Positions 49,436-58,525 of a stretch of DNA of 64,000 nt are shown one piece after another (the stretch's first letter is position 1; every line of letters starts with the position of its first letter). The position numbers were made by a program, and so were the translations under genes. The stretch covers positions 78,858 to 142,857 of the forward strand of contig JBEOJY010000001.1 in NCBI GenBank assembly GCA_040275305.1, written 5' to 3'. This DNA comes from Bdellovibrionales bacterium. Lineage in GTDB: Bacteria > Pseudomonadota > Alphaproteobacteria > UBA9219. Under the pieces are notes generated by a model. The model was not told where the DNA came from, made no database searches, and was given only the letters and a program-made list of their open reading frames with translations.

Positions 49436-50407
49436 ATGACTCGCAGCCGCCTCGTCATAGCTGCTAAGCTTGCCTTGTCAGGTGGCATTATATATTTGCT
49501 GGGGCAGCGGTTCGAGGCTCGGCAACTTCTCGAATCGATGCATGGCTTCGATCCGTCTTATTTGTTGGCTTCGATCTTTTGCGCCGTTCTGGCCGTTCCC
49601 ATCGTTGGATACCGTTGGGTTCTGCTTGCTAAGGCGCTTTCCGTATCCATTTCGTTTGTCGAGGCCGTTAACGCGACGTTCGCAGGGCTGTTTGTCGGAC
49701 AAATATTACCAGGCGCCATTGGCGCAGATCTTGTGCGCGGCTGGATGGTTTGGAGGGCCAAAGTCAGCAACAAGCGCATGATCGCAAGCCTCGTGCTGGA
49801 CAGGGTCGTTTCGTTGGGCGCGGTCGGGCTTATGATCGCGGGGACGTTGCCGTTTCTTATTGTTCGGCTGCCGCGCGAGCATTTTCTTTGGGTGGTGTGG
49901 AGTCTTCTGGGATTGACCGGGTGTTTGATCGCGGCATATGTCGGCTTGCGTCTTTTCGGGCGCATCAGCAAGAATTTGTCCTTACGCGCCATGATCGACA
50001 AGCTTGATTTGAAGCGATTAAAATTGTCTGTCTCGGACGCTTTGGTTTTGGCGGCTCTCGGCATCGCCGGGCATGTCGCCATGATCGTGTCCGCCTATTT
50101 TCTTAGTAAGGCTATCGGCATGAATTCGGCGCTGTGGATGTGGATGCTGGTCATGCCGGTCGTAATTTTGGCCAGCGCTATCCCGCTTTCCATCAATGGG
50201 TGGGGCGTGCGCGAATTTATGATGATTCAACTTTGGGCATCTTTTGGTTTTCTTGAGTCTGAAGCGTTTCTGACTTCCGTCTGTCTTGGCGCCGTTGCCA
50301 TGGCGTCTAGCCTTCCGGGGGTTTGGTTTTATCTGAAACGTAAATCAGGGCGGTCGCGAGAATCCCTTGAAAAGTATGCACAGGGTTTTTCCAAGAGGTT
50401 GGTGTGA
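49436..50407 (+). CDS. Flippase-like membrane protein (UPF0104 / lysyl-PG-synthase TM-region family)
   Basis: ~8 TM helices, 323 aa. Family commonly partnered with polyprenyl-phosphate glycosyltransferases. Confidence 0.55.
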   Translation: MTRSRLVIAAKLALSGGIIYLLGQRFEARQLLESMHGFDPSYLLASIFCAVLAVPIVGYRWVLLAKALSVSISFVEAVNATFAGLFVGQILPGAIGADLVRGWMVWRAKVSNKRMIASLVLDRVVSLGAVGLMIAGTLPFLIVRLPREHFLWVVWSLLGLTGCLIAAYVGLRLFGRISKNLSLRAMIDKLDLKRLKLSVSDALVLAALGIAGHVAMIVSAYFLSKAIGMNSALWMWMLVMPVVILASAIPLSINGWGVREFMMIQLWASFGFLESEAFLTSVCLGAVAMASSLPGVWFYLKRKSGRSRESLEKYAQGFSKRLV

Positions 50408-52038
50408 TGACTCTTTCGATCAAAAATAAAAACGCAGTTTATCGCGCTATAGATTTCACTCAAATTCTTATTCTTGTTGGGATATTTGTTTATTACTTTG
50501 TCGAGAATTTCGTGTTGTCCGGGAGCTGGGAAATCCTAGCGCTTCGGAGCGTTGACGACGCGGCGATGCAGGGGGCTGTCCATAATATACATAAGGCGAT
50601 GACGGAGGGGCGTTATCCGCTTAACAAGCTGCTTGCAACATTCGATTATGCTTACGGCAACGCATACTGGCTCTTGACCTCCATACTTCTTTTTCCTTTC
50701 TATCTTATCGGCGACGCGCAGGCTCAGATCGTCGCGGGGCGGCAGATTTCCTTGCTGTTTGTCGCTGGCAGCATTTATGTCATGGGGCGCATTGTTGAAA
50801 AGTTGTATCCCGAATCTCGTCGATTGAAATATCCTTTGATGATCGCGATGGCAACCGCTCCGATGGTCGCGGTAATCGCAACGAAGCTTCACGTCAACGC
50901 GCCGTGCATCTTTTGGGGCGTTTTGTCGTTTTACTACCTTGTGCGACGTCCGGACTTTATCAGGAAAGATATGATGTGGTCGGCGGTGTTCGCCGGAGTT
51001 GCTGTGGGCTTCAAGCTTACGGCGGTTTTTATTCTTCCCGTCATAGGTTTGACGTTACTCAGTCAAATCTGGCGGTTCAGTCCTTTGAGGAAGATTACCG
51101 AGATCGCTATTTTTTCCGGCCTGTTTCTTGTGGTCGCCGCAGCTTCCATGTTTCCACCCTTGCTGTTGTTTCCGTTTTACGGCGACAAAATTTCCGAGGC
51201 CTATAAAGCTTTTTTGATGTTTAGGGATCTTGCCGCTATTGGCGGCAACAGCGACTTATTTTTGAAACTTATTAACACGCTTGGTTATTTTCTCTCGCCT
51301 TTGACACTTGCTGTCCTGTCGTTCCTGTTTCTTATGCTGATCCTTGACGATATCAGGAAGCGTAGATTTGTGAGTTCGTTCATTTTCGGCACCATCTTGC
51401 TGACGCTAGGTTATCTTGTTTTGACCGTCCAAAAGGATGCTACGTATGTCGCGAGTTATATGTTGAGCGTTAGCCTGTTCCTGCCGCTTGGGCTTCTGGG
51501 GGTCGCTGCGTTCCGTGCGCCAGAATCGATCAAGCTTACCGTACTTTATCTTATCGTCGTCTCTGGCTTGATTTGCATGACGCCTCATCAGAAAAGCGTG
51601 TTTGATTATTTTAATTTCTTTGCGCTTGCCAAAAGCGAAAAAGCGACTAATCAAATGGCTGCTCTGGAAGAGATAAGGTCCTTGGTTTCGCCGTTGAAGC
51701 TTCCAGTTCGTGTTTTACAGGATTGCGAGTCCGTTTTTCCGGCGACGATGTACACCGATGGCGTTTTTATCGGGTATATTTTCGGGGACCTGAAAGACAA
51801 GACGACATGGGGGGATTTTGACTATATCCTTTTGAGCCGCAAGCATTACATTGGTAAGCCGCCTGCTCCGCTGGTCATCGACAAGAAGACTCCATTGGAG
51901 AAGCTTTCTGGCACCGAACTTGAAGAAGCCATAAGACAGCGTCTGTATGACAAGGGGGATTATTACGGGCGCAAGTATCGTTTGATTTACGATCGTTACG
52001 ATTCGCTTTTGTATCAGCTTGTGAAGCCAGCAAAATAA
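50407..52038 (+). CDS. Polytopic membrane protein, GT-C-like (ArnT/PMT-type) glycosyltransferase candidate
   Basis: ~11 predicted TM helices in the first 400 aa plus a 140-aa soluble C-terminus. Start overlaps the upstream stop (TGATG). Confidence 0.4.
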   Translation: MTLSIKNKNAVYRAIDFTQILILVGIFVYYFVENFVLSGSWEILALRSVDDAAMQGAVHNIHKAMTEGRYPLNKLLATFDYAYGNAYWLLTSILLFPFYLIGDAQAQIVAGRQISLLFVAGSIYVMGRIVEKLYPESRRLKYPLMIAMATAPMVAVIATKLHVNAPCIFWGVLSFYYLVRRPDFIRKDMMWSAVFAGVAVGFKLTAVFILPVIGLTLLSQIWRFSPLRKITEIAIFSGLFLVVAAASMFPPLLLFPFYGDKISEAYKAFLMFRDLAAIGGNSDLFLKLINTLGYFLSPLTLAVLSFLFLMLILDDIRKRRFVSSFIFGTILLTLGYLVLTVQKDATYVASYMLSVSLFLPLGLLGVAAFRAPESIKLTVLYLIVVSGLICMTPHQKSVFDYFNFFALAKSEKATNQMAALEEIRSLVSPLKLPVRVLQDCESVFPATMYTDGVFIGYIFGDLKDKTTWGDFDYILLSRKHYIGKPPAPLVIDKKTPLEKLSGTELEEAIRQRLYDKGDYYGRKYRLIYDRYDSLLYQLVKPAK

Positions 52039-52050
52039 GTAGGATGTTTG

Positions 52051-52584
52051 ATGAATAGCGTTTTAAAGCCCAAGCAATTCATTCTTGATGTCGATGGCGT
52101 TATGACCACTGGCCAATTCCTCTATACGCCTGAGGGCAAGGCCATGAAGGTCTTTGGTCCGGACGATAATGACGCGCTTTCGCTGCTCAAACCGTATATG
52201 GATATCCGCTTCGTGACGGGCGACAAAAAGGGGTTTCCTATCAGCAAGAGACGCATCGTCGACGATATGGGCTTTTCTTTGGAGATCGTCAGCACGATTC
52301 GCCGCATCGACTGGATTCGCCAGCAGTTCGATCCTCAGGACGTTATCTATATGGGCGACGGAATCTTTGACCACTATGTCATGCGGCAGGTGGGGTATGC
52401 TATCGCGCCCGCAAATTCGGATGCACTTGCGAAGCGCCATGCGCATTTTGTCACGCAGAGAAGCGGTGGCGATCGCGCCGTCGCGGAGGCTTGTCTTCAC
52501 ATTCTGGAGAGGTTCTTCGCGCCCTATAATCCAGACATGTTGCCGAGCGAAAACACCAAGCTTTCCGGGGAGTGGACCGTATGA
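52051..52584 (+). CDS. HAD-IIIA phosphatase, KdsC-like
   Basis: ILDVDGVMTTG, ...GDK..., YMGDG..D motifs of the KdsC/YrbI subfamily. SD agga 5 nt upstream. Confidence 0.7.
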   Translation: MNSVLKPKQFILDVDGVMTTGQFLYTPEGKAMKVFGPDDNDALSLLKPYMDIRFVTGDKKGFPISKRRIVDDMGFSLEIVSTIRRIDWIRQQFDPQDVIYMGDGIFDHYVMRQVGYAIAPANSDALAKRHAHFVTQRSGGDRAVAEACLHILERFFAPYNPDMLPSENTKLSGEWTV

Positions 52585-53750
52585 TTCATCAAAGACTGGA
52601 GTCATTTCTCAACAAGCGGCGTTGCACGCTTTTGGGCCTTGGCCCTATGAGCGTCAATTGCGTCGATGCCGCAATCGAGTTGGCGAACGAGCATGAGATT
52701 CCGCTGTTGATGGTCGCCTCGCGGCGACAGATCGATTCTGAGGATTTCGGAGGGGGCTATGTCAACAATTGGACGACTTCGGAATTCGCTCGCTATGTGA
52801 TCGACCATGACAAGAAGGGCAAAATCCTTCTGGAACGCGATCATGGCGGGCCGTGGCAGAATACTAAGGAGATTGATGCGGGGCTTAGCCTGCGTCGCGC
52901 CATGGAGTCTGCCAAGGCGTCATATCGCGCCGATATCGATGCTGGATTTCAGATTATCCATATCGATCCGAGCGTGGATATTCATGGAACGCCGGATGTT
53001 GACGATGTTCTGGAGAGGATCTTCGAGCTTTATGAATATTGTTGGAGCCATGCGCAGAAGCTTCAGCGAGAGATCATTTTTGAGATCGGCACGGAGGAGC
53101 AGAGCGGTAGCACCAACACGCAGGAGGAGTTGGACTACACATTGAGAACGGTCAAACGCTTTTGTTCCAAGAACAATTTCCCACAGCCGACTTTTGTCGT
53201 CGTGCAGTGCGGTACGCGCACGAAAGAGACCCGCAATGTGGGGTCTTTCGACGCTCCGGTGCGCGTCGCCGACGAGTTGCCGCCGGAAATCCAGTTGCCT
53301 AGGATGATCGAGATTTGTAACAAATACTCCATCTTCATGAAGGAGCATAACGCAGACTATCTTTCGGATGCGGCTTTACAGTGGCATCCGCGTCTGGGCA
53401 TTCATGCGGCTAACATTGCGCCGGAATTCGGCGTCGCGGAGACTCGCGCTTTGGTTTCGATTCTGGAGTCCCATGGCCAGAAGAAGTCTGCCGAAGAATT
53501 TCTTAAGGCTTCGTATGATTCCAGAAAATGGGAGAAATGGATGGTCGAGAACACCAAGGCGACTGATCGCGACAGGGCCATTATTTCAGGACACTATGTG
53601 TTCTCCAAGCCGAAGGTCGTCGAGCAATTGGCGGCGGCCAAACAGAATCTCAAGGCGAAAGGCATCGACCTTGATCTTCAGCTTAAAGAGGCCGTCAAGA
53701 AATCCATCTTGCGCTATCTTGTCAATTTCCGTCTCGCGAGGGTCGCATGA
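52572..53750 (+). CDS. GatZ/KbaZ-family (tagatose-bisphosphate aldolase non-catalytic subunit-like) TIM-barrel protein
   Basis: The N-terminal ~110 aa align with E. coli GatZ: LLGLGPMSVNCVDAAIELA vs GICSVCSAHPLVIEAAL; LLMVASRRQIDSEDFGGGYVNNWTTSEFARYV vs [28 protein letters not shown]. Overlaps the kdsC-like 3' end by 13 nt. Confidence 0.55.
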   Translation: MDRMIHQRLESFLNKRRCTLLGLGPMSVNCVDAAIELANEHEIPLLMVASRRQIDSEDFGGGYVNNWTTSEFARYVIDHDKKGKILLERDHGGPWQNTKEIDAGLSLRRAMESAKASYRADIDAGFQIIHIDPSVDIHGTPDVDDVLERIFELYEYCWSHAQKLQREIIFEIGTEEQSGSTNTQEELDYTLRTVKRFCSKNNFPQPTFVVVQCGTRTKETRNVGSFDAPVRVADELPPEIQLPRMIEICNKYSIFMKEHNADYLSDAALQWHPRLGIHAANIAPEFGVAETRALVSILESHGQKKSAEEFLKASYDSRKWEKWMVENTKATDRDRAIISGHYVFSKPKVVEQLAAAKQNLKAKGIDLDLQLKEAVKKSILRYLVNFRLARVA

Positions 53751-54574
53751 ACAAGCGCGTTGCTACGATTATTTTGAATCGCAATCTGCCGGAGGCGACG
53801 GATCGACTGTATGATCATTTGATTAAACACGATGGCGATTTTACGGATGTGTATGTCGTCGAGTCCGGTTCCGATCCCGATCGCTTGTCCAAACATGTCA
53901 CATGGCGCGCGGATTGGCCTGAGGCGGTCGCTCATGGTTTGCGCTTTAACAGGGGGATGAATTACGGGTTGAGCCAGTTGTGGAAGGAAGGCAAGTTCAA
54001 GAACTATGACGCATTCTTTCTTCTGACGAACGATTCGGAACTGCAAGATAGCTCGACGCTCAAGCCGTTGTTGGATATTCTTGACAAGCATCGGCGGGTC
54101 GGGATTCTGTCGCCCTGCGGCAAGCGTTGGGGCGAAAGATTTCTGCTTAAGCATCAGACGACGAAATATTTTTGGTTCATTCACAACAACGCCTTGTTGT
54201 TGCGACGCGAGTTTGTCGAGGCGGTTCTTAACGCGGATCAGCCCGATCATATGGGGTTTTTGTTTGATGGCGCAAACTTTCGGGGCTACGGCGCGGAAAG
54301 CGAAATGATCGCCAAGGCCTATGCCAACGACTGGGCGGCGGCCATCACTTCGGATGTTTACGTCGGGGAGAACGAATCGTATCTTCTCAATCAGGCTGAT
54401 CTGATCAAGACGGAAGGCTATGAAGAGAATTTGAGGCTCTATATCGAGGAAGGCCAGCGCTGGATGCGCAATAAGTACGGATTCAACAGCCGCTGGTCGA
54501 TGCAGCAATATGTGAAGAGCTTCTACGAACGGTTCTTCGACTTTTATCCGGAATACAAAAACTATCAGGTGTGA
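53747..54574 (+). CDS. GT-A-fold glycosyltransferase-like protein
   Basis: VATIILNRNLPE at the N-terminus resembles the GT2 start; TNDSE possible DxD. ATGA overlap with the upstream gene. Confidence 0.4.
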   Translation: MNKRVATIILNRNLPEATDRLYDHLIKHDGDFTDVYVVESGSDPDRLSKHVTWRADWPEAVAHGLRFNRGMNYGLSQLWKEGKFKNYDAFFLLTNDSELQDSSTLKPLLDILDKHRRVGILSPCGKRWGERFLLKHQTTKYFWFIHNNALLLRREFVEAVLNADQPDHMGFLFDGANFRGYGAESEMIAKAYANDWAAAITSDVYVGENESYLLNQADLIKTEGYEENLRLYIEEGQRWMRNKYGFNSRWSMQQYVKSFYERFFDFYPEYKNYQV

Positions 54575-54582
54575 GGATCGTC

Positions 54583-54927
54583 ATGGACGTTATCGAAAAG
54601 CCTTGGGGCAAGGAAGAAGTGATCGAGATCAATGATCGCTATATGATGAAGAAGCTTACGATGTGGAAAGGCCATCGTTGCAGCATTCAGTATCATAACG
54701 TCAAATGCGAGACGATCTATGTGTTGTCGGGGCAGTTGCGCATCTATAGCGGCCCTTCGCTTGAAAAGCTTGACTCCAAGGTTTATGTGCCCGGCGAGAC
54801 GATCACGATCAGGCCGGGGACCGTTCATCGCATGGAAGCGGTCGAGGATAGCGTCTATCTAGAAGCCAGCACCCCGGAAATGACAGATGTGGTGCGGCTT
54901 CAGGACGATTATCAAAGGGCTTCGTAG
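54583..54927 (+). CDS. Cupin-domain protein (mannose-6-phosphate-isomerase type II C-terminal-like)
   Basis: EKPWGKEE ... H.CSIQYH ... ETIYVLSG. SD gagga upstream. Confidence 0.6.
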   Translation: MDVIEKPWGKEEVIEINDRYMMKKLTMWKGHRCSIQYHNVKCETIYVLSGQLRIYSGPSLEKLDSKVYVPGETITIRPGTVHRMEAVEDSVYLEASTPEMTDVVRLQDDYQRAS

Positions 54928-56504
54928 TGGGGTACAGGGTTTGCATTCCGACCGCAGGGACGGGGTCAAGGCTCGGCGGGTTGACGCGGTATGTCAATAA
55001 GTCGCTGGTCGCTCTTGCCAACCGTCCGACCTTGTCGCATGTGATCGAGCAATTTCCACAAGATGCAGAATTCGTCATTCCGCTGGGGCACAAGGCTCAT
55101 CTGGTACGCGAATATTTGCAGTTGGCCTATCCGCAGCGCAAATTTTTCTTCGCCAGCGTTTCGCCGTTCGAAGGGCCGGGGTCGGGGCTTGGGCTTAGCC
55201 TGCTCACCTGCAAGGAATTTCTCCAGCAACCCTTCATCTTCATTTCCTGTGATACTCTGGTGAAAGAACCGATCCCCGCGCCTGACCAAAACTGGATGGG
55301 CTATGCGGAGTTGGATCAGATTGCGTCGTACAGGACGCTTTGCGTTCGCGATGGGAAGGTCGAGAGGATTTGCGAGAAGGGCGAGGGGAGTCCGGAGACG
55401 CACAAGCCCTATATCGGGCTTGCAGGCATTCACGATTACAAGGCTTTCTGGGAGGCTATGGAGGCGGGCGGCGACAAGACGATTGCTATGGGTGAGTCGC
55501 ACGGAATGCGCGACCTTGTGGGCCTTGACATTCGCGCGCATGGCTTCACGTGGTTCGACACGGGCAATCCGCAGGCTTTGGCGCGGACTCAGGAAGCCTA
55601 TCGGGTGGCGGATGCTCCTAATATTCTTGAGAAGGCGAACGAGGCGATTTGGTTCGTGGACGGCAAGGTCATCAAGTTTTCGGACGACGAAAAGTTTATT
55701 CGGAACAGGGTCGAGCGCGTTGGCGAGCTTACGGGATTCGTGCCGGAAGTTACGGGTTCGACCGCTCATATGTACAGCTATGCCAAGGTGAAGGGCAGGG
55801 TGCTGTCCGAGGCGGTGACGCTGCCGGTATTTGACAAACTGTTGGCATTCAGCAAGGGATTTTGGCAACCGCATGCGTTGGACGCCGCCGGGGCCAAGGC
55901 TTTCCATGACGGCTGCATGAAGTTTTATCGGGACAAGACTTTGGAGCGCGTGCAGCTTTTCTATAAGAATTTCAAGCGGCAGGACGGCACGGAATCCATC
56001 AATGGGTTCGCTATGCCGACGCTTGAGGAATTGTTCAAGTCGCTGGATTGGGAGTGGCTTGCGCAGGGTATGTCAGGACGGTTCCATGGCGATTTTCATT
56101 TCGAGAATATTTTGTGGGATGCTGATACAAAACGGTTTGTTTTTCTTGATTGGCGACAAGATTTTGGCGGCGATCTTAAGACGGGCGATGTTTATTACGA
56201 TCTGGCTAAGCTTTGGCATGGCCTTATCATTTGCCATGAGTTGATTGCCCAGAATCAATTCTTGGTCGAATGGGGCGCTAGGGAAATCCGTTACGATTTT
56301 CATCGTAAACAGATGCTGGTCGCGTGCGAAGAGGCGTATAGGCGATGGCTTGATGCTGAAGGATATGACCGCAAGAAAGTTTGGATTATGACGGCGCTGG
56401 TCTACCTTAATATTGCGGCTTTGCACCATTATCCCTATTCGTTGTTGTTGTATGCCTTGGGCAAGGCGATGCTGTTCAGAGGATTGCAAGATGCAGTTGA
56501 TTGA
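54927..56504 (+). CDS. Fused nucleotidyltransferase (N-term) plus APH/choline-kinase-like kinase (C-term); LicCA-like or MurU/AmgK-like
   Basis: N-terminus CIPTAGTGSRLG (sugar/alcohol-phosphate NTase G-loop). C-terminus HGDFHFENILWD...FLDW (Brenner HGDxxxxN motif and D of APH/ChoK fold). GTG start overlaps the cupin stop. Confidence 0.6.
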   Translation: MGYRVCIPTAGTGSRLGGLTRYVNKSLVALANRPTLSHVIEQFPQDAEFVIPLGHKAHLVREYLQLAYPQRKFFFASVSPFEGPGSGLGLSLLTCKEFLQQPFIFISCDTLVKEPIPAPDQNWMGYAELDQIASYRTLCVRDGKVERICEKGEGSPETHKPYIGLAGIHDYKAFWEAMEAGGDKTIAMGESHGMRDLVGLDIRAHGFTWFDTGNPQALARTQEAYRVADAPNILEKANEAIWFVDGKVIKFSDDEKFIRNRVERVGELTGFVPEVTGSTAHMYSYAKVKGRVLSEAVTLPVFDKLLAFSKGFWQPHALDAAGAKAFHDGCMKFYRDKTLERVQLFYKNFKRQDGTESINGFAMPTLEELFKSLDWEWLAQGMSGRFHGDFHFENILWDADTKRFVFLDWRQDFGGDLKTGDVYYDLAKLWHGLIICHELIAQNQFLVEWGAREIRYDFHRKQMLVACEEAYRRWLDAEGYDRKKVWIMTALVYLNIAALHHYPYSLLLYALGKAMLFRGLQDAVD

Positions 56505-57627
56505 AAGATCCCGTTGCGCGATTTCCGGGCAGGACGATCTGGAGCCGCTTTACACGTTTCCCAAGTTTCCCGTGTTCATGGGGTGCATGGATCAGCCGGA
56601 GACGGACGATCTCAAGCAGGATATGGCTTGGTGGATCAGCCGGGGAAGCGGCTTGATCCAATTGAAGAACTTGTTGCCTCTCGATGTGCTCTATCCGGAG
56701 TCGCATGGTTCCGGCGCAATCGGCGCGTTATGGGAGAAGCATCACAGGACGTTCGCGCAGTTTATTCATCGCCTCAATCCTTCGTCGGTGCTGGAGATCG
56801 GAGGGGGGCATGGCATGCTGGCCAAAGAATATCAGTCTTTGGCTGACATTCCGTGGACGATCCTTGAGCCGAATCCTTCTCCGGTCGAGGGATTGAAAGC
56901 GCGCATCATCAAGGGTTTCTTCGACGAGCGCTTTACGTTTAGCGATTCGTTCGATGTTCTCGCGCACTCCCATGTTTTCGAGCATATTTATGAACCCGAC
57001 CAGTTTATGGGCCAATTATCCCACTTTATGAAGGTCGGGCAGCATCTGGTGTTTTCCTTGCCGAATATGCAGGTCATGCTTGAGCGCCAGTACAACAATT
57101 GCATCAATTTTGAGCACACGGTTTTGCTGACCGAGACCTATGTCGAGCATTTGCTCGCCAAACATGGGTTCAGGGTTCATGCCAAGGAATTCTTCATGGA
57201 CGATCACAGCATCTTTTATGACGCGGTGCGCGATGATACCATGAAGCCGATGGCGCTGCCGTCTGGGCTCTACGATTCCTATAAGAATCTTTATCTGGGC
57301 TATGTCGGTCATCATCAAAAGCTGGCTTCGGAATTGAACGAGACGATCCGGGGTCTTTCCGGACCGGTCTATCTCTTTGGCGCGCATGTGTTTTCGCAAT
57401 ATATGCTCGCGTTCGGGCTGGATGAGAGCAAGATCACATGCCTGCTGGATAACGATCCAAACAAGCAGGGACGGAGGCTTTACGGCACGTCGCTCGGCGT
57501 GAAATCCCCCTCTTGTCTTAAGTCGGTGGACAAACCGCATGTTATTTTGAAGGCAGGCGTTTACAATCAGGAAATAAAAAATGATATATTGAAGAATATC
57601 AATCCGCATACTGTCTTTTTGGGGTGA
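56491..57627 (+). CDS. Class I SAM-dependent methyltransferase with C-methyltransferase-type N- and C-terminal extensions
   Basis: VLEIGGGHGMLA motif I. ~380 aa architecture like NDP-sugar C-/O-methyltransferases. Confidence 0.6.
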   Translation: MQLIERSRCAISGQDDLEPLYTFPKFPVFMGCMDQPETDDLKQDMAWWISRGSGLIQLKNLLPLDVLYPESHGSGAIGALWEKHHRTFAQFIHRLNPSSVLEIGGGHGMLAKEYQSLADIPWTILEPNPSPVEGLKARIIKGFFDERFTFSDSFDVLAHSHVFEHIYEPDQFMGQLSHFMKVGQHLVFSLPNMQVMLERQYNNCINFEHTVLLTETYVEHLLAKHGFRVHAKEFFMDDHSIFYDAVRDDTMKPMALPSGLYDSYKNLYLGYVGHHQKLASELNETIRGLSGPVYLFGAHVFSQYMLAFGLDESKITCLLDNDPNKQGRRLYGTSLGVKSPSCLKSVDKPHVILKAGVYNQEIKNDILKNINPHTVFLG

Positions 57628-57630
57628 TCC

Positions 57631-58521
57631 ATGGCTGCCGCGCATAGTTCTGGCCTTAAAGTCGGCCTTATCATCCCGGTTTTCAATGTCGAAAAAACCA
57701 TCGCTAAGGTTTTGGCGGGGATTCCGCAAAAGTTTTTTGAGGATATTTCTGAAATCCTTGTCGTCGACAACCATAGCTCCGATAACACCGTGCCTGTGAT
57801 CATGGGGTTTATGAACGAGCACCCGGATTTCGCTTCGCATGTTACATTCATTCAACATGCCGAGAATTACGGCTATGGCGGTAGCATTAAGGCTGGTTTT
57901 GAGTATTTCATCAACCGAGGCATGACCCATGCGATGATTTTCCATGGGGATCATCAGGTTGATCCCGCGTGGCAGATTGGCCTTCTTTTGAGCATCATCA
58001 AGGATAAGCCGCAGACGGATCTTGTGATGTCGAGCCGTTTTTTGTCCGAAAGCAAGATCGAGAACTACAGCCTTCTACGCACCGTCGGCAACTATTTCTT
58101 CAATGCCGTGACGACGCTTTGCTCCGGTTGCAAGATGTCGGATGCAGGGACGGCGATTATCGTCGCGCGTTGCGACGCGTTGAGCCGGGTGCCGTTTCGC
58201 AATCTTTCCAACACGTGGCAGTTCCATCCGCAGCTTAATATTCTTATCCACAAACTGCCGAATGTGCAGGTGGTGGAGACGACCTTAAACTGGTCGGATT
58301 CCGAGGCTGGTTCGTCGGTGCCCCTGATTCGCTATGGCTTGATCTTGTTGAGAATGCTTGTGCGGTATTGGTACAAGACGAATGTTCTGAGACAGAAGCC
58401 GGAGCAGGCTTTCCCGGTCGATTCGGTTCGGGCTGATCGCCGCTATACCGTGTTGATGCAGTCAGGAAAGGACGCTCCTGTCGCGTGCGGCGAGGCTGTG
58501 GGATTGTCCGCAGCGCGGTGA
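57631..58521 (+). CDS. GT2 polyprenyl-phosphate glycosyltransferase (DPM1/GtrB/ArnC-like)
   Basis: GLIIPVFNVEKTI, VVDNHSSDNT (DxD-like). C-terminal amphipathic/TM region. Confidence 0.75.
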   Translation: MAAAHSSGLKVGLIIPVFNVEKTIAKVLAGIPQKFFEDISEILVVDNHSSDNTVPVIMGFMNEHPDFASHVTFIQHAENYGYGGSIKAGFEYFINRGMTHAMIFHGDHQVDPAWQIGLLLSIIKDKPQTDLVMSSRFLSESKIENYSLLRTVGNYFFNAVTTLCSGCKMSDAGTAIIVARCDALSRVPFRNLSNTWQFHPQLNILIHKLPNVQVVETTLNWSDSEAGSSVPLIRYGLILLRMLVRYWYKTNVLRQKPEQAFPVDSVRADRRYTVLMQSGKDAPVACGEAVGLSAAR

Positions 58522-58525
58522 ATTA

